Assembly (NCBI RefSeq): GCF_006345805.1
Contig: NC_042998.1
Span: 94,612,001 to 94,676,000, forward strand
Direction of reading: 5' to 3'
DNA: 64,000 bases
From: Octopus sinensis
Lineage: Eukaryota
How positions within the stretch are numbered: the first letter of the stretch is position 1; the number at the start of each line of letters is the position of its first letter. This document shows, one piece after another, positions 10,963 to 23,850 of this stretch. Position numbers and translations under genes: made by a program. The notes beneath the pieces are model-generated. The model was not told where the DNA came from. It saw only the letters and a list, made by a program, of their open reading frames with translations, and ran no database searches.

Positions 10963-13900
10963 ATTTCAAGCAAATATGAACACTTGACAATGGTAGTAAT
11001 AATAATGCTTTCCAACAAAAGCACAAAGCTGTCAGAAATTTTGGTGAGAAGAGTAAATTATATCAACCCCACTACATAGCTGGTGCTTCTTACATCAATG
11101 AAAAGAAGGAAGTTTATGTTAACAGGATTTGAACTCAAGAAAGTGAGGAATCAGAATAAATTTTCAAAGCATTTTGTTTGATGCTCAACTGCTTCTGCCA
11201 TGCGTTCTGTTGGGGAAATTATAATTAATTTGAATCAATTCTTGTACAGTACTTGATTGATACTTATTTTATTATGATGGGTAGGATTTTAGGATTTGAA
11301 TGTAAAGGGACTTAACTAATTAGCACAAGGTATTTTATTTTATATACCCATCCATCAGATATGGAATTATTTGGTAGATTTGTGAAACATTTGGGTGAAT
11401 TTCTTGGTACAGAAGTCTGTGATACAACTTCAGTTCTTCATTGTGTCAGTTCACTTCAGTTAGGTTACTAATGGTCTAAGAAAAGGCTTGACCTGTGCAG
11501 CTTACACTTTACTAAAAATGAAGAGCCTTTCTACTTTGAAAGACTAAATCTTTGTTATGGCAAGATTTGATCTCTTCATTTTACACCCGTTTCCTATGCT
11601 TACATGCATTAGATGTGGTTGTCATGGTTGGAGTCATTTCTTTTTGGGAGCCACTACTACCATAGACTGCTGCAAGTGTATGTCATTTTAACTTGGTTTC
11701 CATGGCTGAATGACCTTTCTTTCATCAACTCTACTGGATGCATTTTCTTGAGGTATCAGCACCAGAGAGGCAGACAAGTCCTTAGTAAGACATAACTAAA
11801 GTGTCTCTGAATGGGTTTTCATTGTAGGACCAGTATAAGAGGATGTTGCCTTGTATACTGAAAGTGTAGGCTACTTAATATCTTCAAATACAATCTGAAT
11901 ATAACAACCAAATTAATTGCTTAACTGCTGGTTATCCAGCAGTTCACTATACACACTTGAAAGAGTATCTGCTGTCTTCTCTTTCTCTTTGTTTATTGTA
12001 TAAAAAAGACTTTTTTCCTTTTTTTCACAATTATGATAGCTGCATCATCAACAGGGTATCTGAGAGCTGGCAATACATACCCTGTCATCATTATATTGTG
12101 GCTATGACACCTGTGTTCAGCCCATCTTATTCAAGTTGGTGTTGCAAGATAATATAACTTAGTAGTCATAGAACTATAATTAAATTCCAGTCCAAAGATC
12201 AATTCACTCTGTGGAGACAAATGCACTTCTTCAGGCTCTGGACCAGCATCTCCCCCACCACCACCACCACCACCACCATTTCATTCAACTGGACTGTCTA
12301 TGATGAAGGGTAACCGAATGATGAAAATAGAAATACTTGGCATACACAGCATATGCATTGATCCAACTGAGTTGGCTTTGGTCTGTCTTCTTTTTGATTC
12401 CAGTCTTTTAATGAGTTTTGGTTTTGTGAAGAATAGTTTTATTTTATTTTCTGTTTATTTTACAATCTTTTCCTTCTGCTTGATTTAGTCCTAAACCTAA
12501 TTCAATCCTATATTTATGCTGTTCCTTTTACACAACTTTTCACAAAATATTAACTTCTGTAAACTTTTTTCCCTTCTCTGTTCATTTGCAGTTTATGCAA
12601 TTTGAAAACTTTTCCTTATTGAATTTATTTCATATTTTCAGTCTTGTTGTGATAATTTGATTATAAATGCATCCTTGTTTTTAATTGATCTGTTTTTATT
12701 ACTTTCTATATTGCAAAATTAAACTATCTGCTTACTCTTTTATGTATGTTTTTTGGTATCATTAAACTATTATTTTATTTTACAACATTAAGATTTTACC
12801 TGATTGTCAATTTGCCCATGCATTGTTCATACATATCTAAAACTATTCGAAAAACAAGGAAATTTATAAGCCTTGATCAAACCTAAGATTATAGCAATGC
12901 TATCATTATTTCAAAAATTAACTATTGAAATTTACTTTTCTTAGCAGTAAAGTTTAACATAAAATATGAGAACTACAGTTTTACTGTCAATTCCTTTAAA
13001 AGGAAAGAAATACATGCTTTACTCGAGTAACCTATATTAGTTTTCACATAGACAGAATCTGTTGCTGGTCATAAAAAGTATTGACACTGACTTCTAACAA
13101 GAACTATTAAGAATGGACCCTGGAATAAAAAGAGCACAGTGAATTGTGGGGTAAAATATGGAATTAGTTGTTACCTATTAAGAAATTTTGAACTATAACA
13201 GATATCCCATCTCACCAAGAAAAAAAAAGCGAACAAAACTCAATGTTTTTACTAACTCGCTGTCATTTTCTAGACATATGATAATCTACTTTTACTACTT
13301 TTGCACAAGCTAATTTCCCTGACTTAGATTATTAACCAGGATAGTAGTTATACAGTGTAAATTGATTTATCATTATCATGTTTATGTAATGCCTGCTCTA
13401 CTCCTGTAATGTAGAAACTACTCAGTCTTACTCAATAAGATGACTCACTCTGACAGTGATCCTCTAGTTTCAATTTTTTTTTTTTCATAAATCTTATAGT
13501 CATGTGGGAAGGTAGTGCTCATGACATTTCACAGGGCCTCAGCAGGAAGGAAGATGGGTTCCTCAACAAACACTGTAAGACTTTCGGCCTGGCATTCTTG
13601 AAGTTCTGCCAAACCACTTCTCTTGTTTGCCACAATTTTTCTATGCTATCTGATTGTGTGCTCCTCATTTAGCTTCTCTTATTCCCACCAAACTCCTCAA
13701 CTCGTTGTCTGTGTATGGGGGTGGGGTCTGTTCTAATGTCTTTGTACATCATTCCTAAAAAGGCAGCCTCTTTGATATTGCCAACCAACAACACATTGCC
13801 TTCTCTTCCAACATGTCAAAGGTGATGGATGTGTCGTAAAACAACCACCTCCTGTCTCTTTTTAGCTAGTTTTTATGAAAGTCAATTAGAAGAAGGGGAG

Positions 13901-14740
13901 AAGAGCCTGTGCCCAGCGTCATTGCAGGCCTCTCAGATTGGTGCAGTTGGGGTTTAATTTTGAGCATTTGTTGGTGAATTCCTGGAGAAAAATGTTGGTG
14001 GAAGGTTACTGATCTAGAAAGAAGAAATATTTGATGCAGGTTCTGGGAGTGGAATACTGCAAAAGTGGTGGGAGAACATGTAGTCTTGAGTTGAGGGTGA
14101 ATGCAATTAGCTATGTCAGAGGTATATCTATGAGTGAGAGAAGGAAGAAAAGAGGAAACAGCACATCTATATGCCTGGTTAAAGCTAATTAAGCATATGG
14201 CCTTCTTTTGGATGTAGTCTACAGCATTTGTGCTTTATGGTTAGTTAATGGTGATGATCGTCATCAATTGACTGGGGTTGTAGCCTCTCTCAGTCTGAAA
14301 GAGGAACCCGATTTTATGTTTGTCATTTTTGCAATATTATATATGTGAGCTGAATCCTGATTAGCAAAGACTTGTTCATAAACATCCTATACCTTCTGCT
14401 CCTCATACTACTCCACCCTCCATGAGCACTAACATCATTCTGTTACACCAGCTTGTATGCCTCTCTTTACGAATCCTTCACTGAACACTGTTTTTGAGTT
14501 TTTCTCAGCAGAACTAGAACTTCCTTGTACTGTACTCTGCTTACAATTTCTGTATAGGCACCAACTTAGAGCAATTAGCGAAGCCCATGAAGATAAAAAG
14601 AAAATATTATTTTCCGACATGTGTGTATGTGTACTTAATTTTGTGTGTATACATACGCACATAAAATCTATGCATGTGCACGTACACAAAGATATGGGTG
14701 TGGATGGGAGGGCATAGATCTTTTAAGAAACTCCTAAATT

Positions 14741-15460
14741 ATTCGGCAATACAGTTAGCAACATAATTATAGTGATACAATGTTCGTCGTAAATATCGTA
14801 AATTGACGGAGATTTTTTCAGTGAGTGGGAGGTTTAACTTCGGCCCATACTGAATTTGGCATTGGTGATTGTTATTATTTAATCTGATGTCAGCTCAGCC
14901 CTAATCGTGCTGACCTGCAGCTCTTACTGTCATGTCTGCCCCCACTCCCATGTTCAGGAAACCCGAGGTGGACATCATTATTCAAAATATCCTTCTGTAG
15001 GGCGATAATGTTTAAGAATATGGCTGTTATTTCTAGCGTTTTGAGCGACCATTTAGAGGTTTGATATTGGCGGTGGTTAAGAATAAGTCGATACGTAAAA
15101 CAGTTTTTAAATACGAAAAAAGTGTTTTCTTATGTAAACATTTTCTTACAACCTTTTAAATCTCTGTCATTTCTAGATGATCGTATTAAAGAATTCTGGA
15201 GACGAATGACCAGTACCAGAAATTAGATTACTTTGATTCTTCTAATATATATATGCTTTTGTACTTTGTTTCGAACCTTCGCTTGCTAGCTGTTATTTTA
15301 TTTTTTTTAACTAATGTATTATTATTTGTTTTGTTCATTCCAGTCGTACGTATTCCAAACAGTATTGTTATTGCGTAACATAGACAATTCAAATATACAA
15401 ACAGCGATCTTTTATTAAGGCTTGTAAACGTAAATATTACATATGCCCACGTGTATTGAC
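14741..15460. promoter_or_regulatory. CpG-retaining intronic segment, possible alternative promoter or enhancer (partly a SINE fragment at about 14870-15060)
   Basis: About 25 CpG counted in about 720 bp, against very few in neighbouring intron DNA; TGACG at 14804-14808. Confidence 0.25.
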
Positions 15461-17870
15461 ATAATTGTATTAACATTTTTGTTTAATTAGCTGTTGTATG
15501 CAAGGATTTAACTAAGGGAGCTAACTACACCATCCCCCTCCTCCCACTTATGGTTGGTTGCCTCCCTTATGGACTATTTATTCTCAGCCATTTTATCATC
15601 TTCCTACTGTTGGTTAGAATAATTTATTCATTTTATTCTTTATATATATATTTATATTTATTTGTTTGCATAGTAAAATTGAAAGAAAAAATTTCAACTC
15701 CTTCTTTCATTGTTCAGTGGTAAAAGTGAGTGGTCATTTTATTGTGACAGTTTTATGATGGAAATTAATTTTCACATTAATGAGTATTCATATTAAATTT
15801 TATATTGACACATGAGGCCTGGTTAAAACCACTTCACTGATGTTGATAATGCTATTCTTTTCTTTATTACTTGAAATCTTTACATTTGGAGAAACAATAA
15901 GGACCATTTTCCAAACAGTCTGAAACTAGAGTGTAGAATTTCTCTTACCCAAGTGTGTTATTTTTGTAATATATTTATTATTTTTCTTAAGGAAAAGTTT
16001 ATTTGCCTTGAGCACTGTCTGTTGATAGTAATCCAAATACACTGGATTATCTGAACTCCTTACAGTTTAGACCTCATTTTCTTTCAAATTAAAAAAAATT
16101 AATCAATATTCAACTGATTTAGGTTGGATACCCTGTTTCTTCCTATGATCCTTCTATCTTCAAATAGAACGCCTTGAAAGGGTAGAGTTGATATTCTGGT
16201 TTTAATTAGTCGAGAAATTAATATTTTCAAATCTTTAACATGTTTCAGCTAATATATGTATTAAAAAAGTAATTAAAATGAGTCTTTAATTATTATTATT
16301 ATGTTTCATTATTGCAGATTGTGATTGGGTGGATTAGCTTAACAAACAAAAGACATCCTACCTGCCTCCTTTTTACTCTATTCTACATTTTGTCATAATT
16401 TTAGATACGTTCTTGGCAATACCAAACTTCATATTTGTGAATAGTTTCATCCTATCTTTTTTTAATTAACACTTGCACATTGCTTTAAATTCATTGAAGT
16501 TCCTGTATTGCTTGCAATCCTTGATGTCATAAATAAACCTTCTTACTTCCTCCATTCCACATTCATTCTAATAGTTTTATTCTCCAAATTTTAATTTGTT
16601 TTCATTTCATTTAACTTATTTGTGGTAATTTATGCTTCTAACTAACATTTCAGTATTGAGAAGAAAAAAAGTATTTTTCTCATTTAAAAATTAATTTTTC
16701 TTTTATTATATTCTGTGGAATATAATAATATTGAGAGAAACGAGCGAATGAAAATGACTTGTATGTTGGCTGTTTCTGAAAACAACCAATAATATGGCTT
16801 GTGATTAAATTTTTAGTCCAATAGTCTTTTCGCTTCATCGGCGTGAATTGTCCAAATTGTTTTTGGTTTACAATTCTGAGATCAACGCTGCTTTACTAAT
16901 CACCATTTATATAGACATTAAACTTTACTGTGACCTAAACTTGAATATATAAATAAGTAATCTTGCTTAGTTTTAATGGGAAAAGTATTTTTAACAGAGA
17001 AAACATATGTGTGTGTGCTGATCATTTTCTTGACTTAAGTATTTTTCAAATAATAAATTGTAATAAATTCTTCAATATTTCTAGTTTGGTAGTAATTTTA
17101 TCTCCATAAACAATATAACTTTCATTTCAAATTCACTTTTTCCATATAATCGAGTACCTAGGTACCCATTTTTAGACAGGAAAAAAAAAAAAACAATCTT
17201 GTTGAATAAATTTTCTGAAATCACACATACCCACCTTTAGATAAATTGTTGGTTGATGCATTACAAAAATATTAGTGCATCATCAAGGTGCTTTTCCAAA
17301 AGAACATTCCAAATTTTATGGCAGTAGTCAGTTTGAATATTATGCAAAATATTTTATTTTCAGAATAAATTTTCTTTTCATTTATTATTTCAATTCAAAA
17401 TACAATTGCCCCCTTTTAAAGACATTATGTTTTTATGAGAAATACTTTTGCAATAGTACACCTGTTTTTGTAGGCCAAATAATACACAAATTTTCTGTGA
17501 CTATAGCTAAACAACCTACATTTGCCAAAACCAACAAATTTTATTTGCTCTTTCTCCAGAAAAGCACAAATTGTTATAAATAGTTCATTATACTTTGTGT
17601 GTATGTATTGGTATGTAGTAGGCATGCAAACTTTCAAATTTACCTAATTGTTTATAAATTGAAAAAAGTGATGAGCAGATTTAATCAATTTTCAATCCTC
17701 ATTGGACCATTATCTGAAGTGTCTACATGGTATTGCCAACCTTAAAGGTAGCCAATCCATTTATATACATATCAAACCCAGTTATTTCAGATGACTGTTA
17801 CTACTGATTATGCTTACCACTTAGTAATATAGATGGCTCATTATATAATTTTTTTTTTAATATATCGAAG

Positions 17871-18217
17871 TGGCTGTGTGGTAAGTAGCTTGCTTACCAA
17901 CCACATGGTTCTGGGTTCAGTCCCACTGCATGGCGCCTTGGGCAAGTGTCTTCTACTATAGCCTTGGACTAATCAAAGCCTTGTGAGTAGATTTGGGAGA
18001 CTGAAACTGAAAGAAGCCTATCGTGTCGCCATGATAGATTGGTAGCCCCTACACACACATTTTTTTTCTCTCCTTGTTTTTTTTTTTCTGTGTCCCTTTC
18101 TGTAGAAGAGCATAGGCTCGAAACGTAAAAGACTTTTTCTATTCCTGAGTGTTATACTAATACATCTGTTTTGTACACCACCTGTCTTCGTCTTTTGTTT
18201 TTTTCGTGAGCTCTCCC

Positions 18218-18250
<33 letters not shown>

Positions 18251-18455
18251 ATGTATATGTTTGTGTGTTTGTCCCCATCACCATTGCTTGACAACCGATG
18301 TTGGTGTGTTTATGTCCCCATAATTTAGTGGTTTGGCAAAACAAGCCCATAGAGTAAGTACTAGGCTTACAAAGAGTAAGTCCTGGAGTTGGTTTGTTCA
18401 ACTAAAGGCGGTGCTCCAGCATGGCCACAGTCAAATGAATGAAACAAGTACAAAA
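17871..18455 (+). mobile_element. tRNA-headed SINE family A with a nested insertion at its internal microsatellite
   Basis: Head tggctgtgtggtaag...gggttcagtccc; tail ggcggtgctccagcatggccacagtcaaatgaatgaaacaagta. Confidence 0.8.
18020..18216 (+). mobile_element. ~190-bp repeat with a hammerhead-like variant motif, copy 1
   Basis: Homologous to 55510-55715 and 62290-62482; each copy ends at CTCC(C) directly before a (TA)n run. Confidence 0.65.
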
Positions 18456-18539
18456 AATTAGAGAAAACCTTTATTACATCGCCCATCTTTCATCACATTT
18501 TAATTTTTACTGAGTATTTTCTTCATTTTTATATTTCAG

Positions 18540-18653
18540 AGCCAAGAAGCAAGCGTCAAAAGAAATCTGTCAATTTTGATAAAGTGACAGTGTTCTATTT
18601 TCCTCGTACTCAAGGTTTTACCTGTGTACCTAGCGAAGGTGGTTCCACATTAG
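18540..18653 (+). CDS. CSRNP: CSRNP coding exon with the conserved N-terminal motif ([39 protein letters not shown])
   Basis: tttcag acceptor ends at 18539 and donor G|GTTAGT starts at 18654. The exon is 114 nt, phase 1 to 1. Translation matches the CSRNP hallmark V.FD.VTV.YF.R.QGF..VPS.GG..LGM. Confidence 0.93.
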
Positions 18654-19356
18654 GTTAGTTTTGTTGGTTTCTTAATCAATATTTCAGCTGTATTATTGAT
18701 CTGTTTCAATTGGGTTCTGTTATGTAGATTAAACAAAAGTTATTGTTAGGAGAAACTGTTAGCTATGTTTTTTTCCCCCCCAATTACAGCTTTATAATCT
18801 TGTTCAGAACATCCCAAACATTTTAACAGGTTTATTTCTGAAGTTTACTATTTATATTGTTTTGAAGGAATAGAATGTTTCCAATAAATGGTCATGTTTT
18901 CTTTAGTCTTACATTATGATATTTTCAGTATTCTTATATTTATGAAAGGGTAAATTCATTATGACTTTAGAATTTCCATTGTCAAAGCCTAGATGTTGTT
19001 TTCAATTTGCCTCTAACACTTTACTAAAGATAATAACGATGTAAATAGATGGCCATTTCAAATTACTGGTCTGGACTTATGCTTGCCTTGAAATTACTGT
19101 AATACTTAAGAAATTTGTCTAAAAATTGTAGCATTTCATTTTCAAAAGATGAAAGGAAAATTGTTAAAATATATTTCAGGAAACTTGATAGAACAAATAG
19201 AAAGTGTAATATTCATATTTATTTATTTATTATTTATTTATTTATTTATTTATATGTATGTAGAGAGATCAGAAATCATCATCAGATAAGGAAATAAATG
19301 AGATTCCTATACTGAAATGGCAAGCAATTGAAAATTGTTGGAACATTCAAATGTAT

Positions 19357-19730
19357 AGGTGCAAGTACAGCTCTATGGTCAAGAAATTGCTCCTAAACTA
19401 TATGGTTTCAAGTTCAGTCCCATTTCACAGCACACTGGGCAAGTGTCTCATCTACTAAAACCTTGGGCCTACCAATGAGGGTACTTGGTAGAATGGATGT
19501 TGCACAGAGGCCCATCATTTGTGTATGTGCATGTGTTTGTCTTTGCCGACACCGTTTGATAATGATTTTCATTTGTTTATATTCACCAGTATCTTTGTCG
19601 CTTGGGGCGAAAATGAGACTTATAGAATTAGTACTAGACTTTAAAAAGAAATAGGATTAATTCGGTCTACTACAACCCTCAAGGGGTGCCCCAGTATGGC
19701 CGCAGTCCAATGATCAAAACTAGTAAAGGA
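19357..19730 (+). mobile_element. SINE family A copy
   Basis: B-box-like aagttcagtccc; tail ggggtgccccagtatggccgcagtccaatga. Confidence 0.65.
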
Positions 19731-20386
19731 GTATTGGTGCATATACTTATGTATTGGTTAATTTGTAGGCTAAGGAAAGTTGGTAGAACTGTTCAGGAAA
19801 CAGTCATTATACTTGAAATAGTATTATTGTCTTTTGTAATAAGTAGAGCCTATATATCTTGTTAACAATATTATCTAGAATTGAAATAGGTTTCACATTT
19901 CAGGTTTTGTAGCTGTTTGATTTTAAAGCAATTTGTTTCTAGATCAATCTCATTAGTAACATCTCTGTTGCTTAAGCAAAAGGATCCAGATCTAAAACAA
20001 ATTGAAATAGGTGTGTCACACATGGGTACAACACAGTAACAAAAGTAAAGTGTGAACTTATGACTTAGTGGTCAGACACATTTTGCATTTTTCCTCCTCA
20101 TCTTCCATCCTACATTTTTAAAAATTTCATAATAGTGAAATTTTAGACAACTAATAAACCATAGTTGATTAAGAGCTGATTGGTGCACGCCTCATTAGCA
20201 GCATTAGTTTGTGTCTCTAGCGAAAAGGATTCCATCCAGCTAGATGGGAAGGTGATGCAATTCACTGCTGTTGTAATCAGCAGAATCACTATATATTTGG
20301 ATGTTTTCCTTGTTTGCAGTGACAGGTTCAAATTCTCTTCTTTCAGGTCTGTCATGAGCACTAGAACTAAAATTGCCAGAGTTTAA

Positions 20387-20607
20387 CCCTTTAGTGTTCA
20401 AATTACTCTGACAAATGTAAAGCTTATTTATCTATATTACTTCGAATTGATCCTGTATTATCTCACAGATTTTGAGATTTTGATGATCTTATTGTCTATA
20501 TTTAGAATGACATTGTTGGGTAAGTGTGCAAGGCCAGATCTGGTCAGTTTAAACATAAAACAGGAGACATATTTGGGCTGGACATGGCTGGTTTAAATGC
20601 TAAAGCG
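20387..20607. mobile_element. piggyBac-type MITE, family 2 (221 bp)
   Basis: TTAA (20383-20386), CCCTTTAG...CTAAAGCG, TTAA (20608-20611). An inverted homolog is at 50997-51228, with partial copies near 5520-5680 and 41070-41220. Confidence 0.7.
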
Positions 20608-20639
20608 TTAACTCAGCTTCCATGGTGTATAAGTTTCAC

Positions 20640-20860
20640 CCATGAGTGTATGAATTTCACTCCTACCCACTAAATGAACTGCTGGTCTGTAGCAGGGTTA
20701 ACTTCCCAGCTGTTACTGGAATTCATTTACAGCTGAATGGACTGGAGCCACGTGAAATGAAGTGTTTTGCTCAAGAACACAAATACACTGCCCAGGAATT
20801 GAAGCCACAATCTTATGATCATGAGTGCAACAGCCTAACCATTAGGCCACATGTATTTCA
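20640..20860 (-). mobile_element. tRNA-headed SINE
   Basis: Reverse strand starts atgtggcctaatggttagg... and shares the body ttcttgagcaaaacacttcatttcac. Confidence 0.65.
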
Positions 20861-21214
20861 ATAGAAATATGGTAATAAAAGGGTTAAATGCTGTGATGAA
20901 TCTAGGTTTAAAAATAAATTATATATTACCGTGGAAGTTGGAAAATTACTAGTCCATCACTACATCATTATGAAATAGATGTTTACTCAGCAATAAGGGG
21001 ATTAGAATAGATGCCTAACTGAAAAGTAGCACCCATAGACTCCATGGCTGAATCTCTTATTGAAGGTGAAGAAATTTCCAGTACTGGTATTGATAATATC
21101 GATAAATGCTTTTAGATTAAATTTATTTATTGTTGCTATTACCATTGTTTAATGACCTTATAAAATTTTTATTTATAACTTCTCTTTTTTTTTCTTTTAT
21201 AATTGTTTTCTAAG

Positions 21215-23097
21215 GTATGTCTGGTAATCATTCTTATGTGGAAGACTTTACTCTACCTGGTTATGCCAAAGAACAAAAACGAATTCACAAGTTGATACTC
21301 AAAGAACAGCAGCAGAATGGTAAAATTATTCCCCCAAGTCGTGTTGCTTTTTTGCGATCCGTTGAAGAGGATAGTGACTCAGCTTCAGAGTCTGAAAGTG
21401 ACATTGAAGTTGATGAGTATTTTTTCTTGCAACCAGTACCAATCCGCCAGCGCCGGCTAATGCTTCGAGCAGCTGGTGTACGTAAGATTAACAGCCAAGA
21501 AAGAGATGAATGCCGACAAATTCGGCAATCACGTGAAATCTGTGGCTGTCAATGTAAAGTGTTTTGTGATCCAGAAACCTGTTCTTGTAGTTTAGCTGGG
21601 ATCAAGTGTCAAGTTGACCGGCTCTCTTTCCCTTGTGGCTGTAGTAAGGATGCCTGTGGGAATATTGCCGGTCGAATTGAATTCAACCCGATACGGGTTC
21701 AGACTCACTTTATTCACACGTTAATGCGGATTGAGCTGGAAAACAAAGAAAAAGAATTGCATCCGGTCCTTACACCTAAATCTAACTCAGAAGATAGTAG
21801 TGATATCAAAAATACCAATATTGACTTGACAGAATTTAATAGCAACGAACGAGGCAGCTGTCGTGACTGCCAAAATTCAGAGGTTTGTCAGGTGATGATG
21901 CATGAAGCCCAGTACGCATCAATGGAGGCAGAGCACCATCAGCAGAATGCTGTCCAACATTTTAACCATCAACATCAGTATAAAGATCTGGAGAGTTTAC
22001 AAGCCAATGGCCATGTTGATGCTCTTCCTCGTGTTCTGCTATTTAATGATAGTGATGATGAGATGTATAATACAGAAAATGCTTCTTTGTATGGCTTTAA
22101 ACAAGATGATAGTTCATATTCCGAAACCAGTGAGTGCTCGAGCGAAAGCAGTGTCAACTTTGATGGCAATGATTATCAAAAAACTTATCAAAGCTTGTCC
22201 TCTTTCGATGAGGAAACTAACCAAGAGTATTGTGCTAGTGGCTCAAATGGGATTAATGACAATTCCCATTGCCACCAACAACAGCAGCAGCAAATTCAGC
22301 ATCAACAACACCAACGCCATCTTAATAACAATATCAACACCAATAGCAAACTACATTGTCACCAACAACACTTCACACTCAATGGTAATCTTCATAATGG
22401 AGAGACTAATAAATATATTCAATTGAATAATTCGACATCTGCTTCTTCAGTCTACAAACTGGAACCTGTGTCACATCTGATGAACCCATTAAACAGTCAC
22501 ACATTTGACAGCCAGTCAACACAACCGTCAAGTCAGTCTGCTAATAGTTGGTCAGATGACCAATCACGTTCTATAAACCCAACTCCTTTCTTTGATGAAC
22601 CCATTTCCATATACGCATCATTGACTGACACTACAACCGATCAACTGGCCACTAACTGTCCAGCTATCTCCTCACATATGAACAATTACAACAACCACCA
22701 TTCTGAATTCAACCACCACCAAGGGCAAAATATGTCAAAACTACGTAACATGCACAACCATTCTAATGGGGCTTACAATGGCTATAGTATAGATGAATCT
22801 CATACAGGGGCATCACCTGGAATCACGTCTGAACAGTCTCTCATGTCTTTCTATCCATCTAACTCAGATTCCAGTTTACTAACATCGTCCAATGGCAACC
22901 CAACATCGGTGCCATCTAGTACAGAAGATATGCAGCTGTTTTCTGAGCAGGATAGTTGCTCTAGTGCATTCCAAGATAATAGTTGTTCTACTTTCAAAAC
23001 CAACAAGGACTCTTCATGTTTTCAGCATAGTGACTCTGGAGGTCAAAACTTTGGGGAAATCATAAAAGAATCAATAGTTGAAACTGTTTCTGCTTAA
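21215..23097 (+). CDS. CSRNP: CSRNP terminal coding exon: Cys-rich CSRNP domain followed by a long S/N/Q/H-rich tail
   Basis: Acceptor ttttctaag ends at 21214; G+GT gives Gly, then ATG at 21217 continues the LGM motif. Contains [67 protein letters not shown]. Stop TAA at 23095-23097. Spliced CDS is 154+114+1883 = 2151 nt = 716 aa plus stop. Confidence 0.95.
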
Positions 23098-23751
23098 TAA
23101 AGGCATAGAAAGTTCCATAGTTGCCTTAAAAAGAGACTGTTTAAAGATTCTTTGAAAGGACAAAGTTTTATTGTAAAGATGTGTAAAATAAAAGGTATAA
23201 AATGCTGGAAGAAAAATGAAAATAAATATAAAGACAAAAACAGATTTTAAACAAAAATGAAATTGTTATTCTTTGAGGACAAATAAAATATAATTATATT
23301 GATTAAAATATATGATATCAGATGTGGGAATGGGGGTTTGTTGAGACTGAGTCAATAGTTAAAGATCTACTCTGAGTGAATAAAAAAAAAAAAAACAATA
23401 ATCACTAAAATGAGTAGCTGACTGATTGAAAGACTCTGAATAAACTGCTGAAGTTAGAATTTACTGTTAAGACCATTTAACTTTCATTGAAATATTTTAC
23501 AACAAATACGTCACACACACATATAACGCCATAGTTCTGTACTCACATGTGGTAAACAAAATCATAAAACTCCATAATGCTGTGAATGTGGATGGAAATT
23601 GCTCCTCCTCTTTTCATTCATTCTTTCTCTCAATAATACTCATGCACACATTCTCACCCATGTTCTCGACGCTCCTGCATTCATCTGTCTTATTTCTATT
23701 TTTATTTTATAGCTTCACAATCAGAATCTCATTAATGCCCCCCTACCTCCT

Positions 23752-23850
23752 TATTCTCTCTCTCTCTCTTTTTCTTTCTCTCTCTCTCTCTCTCTCTCTC
23801 TTTTTCTTTCTCTCTCTCTCTCTCTCTTTTTCTTTCTCTCTCTCTCTCTT
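23752..23850. repeat. (CT)n polypyrimidine tract built from three (CT)n-TTTTTCTTT units
   Basis: Read directly from the sequence. Confidence 0.9.

Noticed and set aside
12191-12309. Possible extra CSRNP exon (ttccag acceptor, (CCA)n, GG|GTAACC donor)
   Set aside because: 119 nt would shift the frame, the pyrimidine tract is weak and there is no family motif. An unseen symmetric exon elsewhere in the 15-kb intron cannot be excluded.
13500-14420. GC-richer segment that may be an old LINE fragment
   Set aside because: No diagnostic motif recovered by hand translation.
21902-22426. 174-aa overlapping ORF inside the CSRNP exon
   Set aside because: An alternative frame of low-complexity coding sequence with no recognisable domain.
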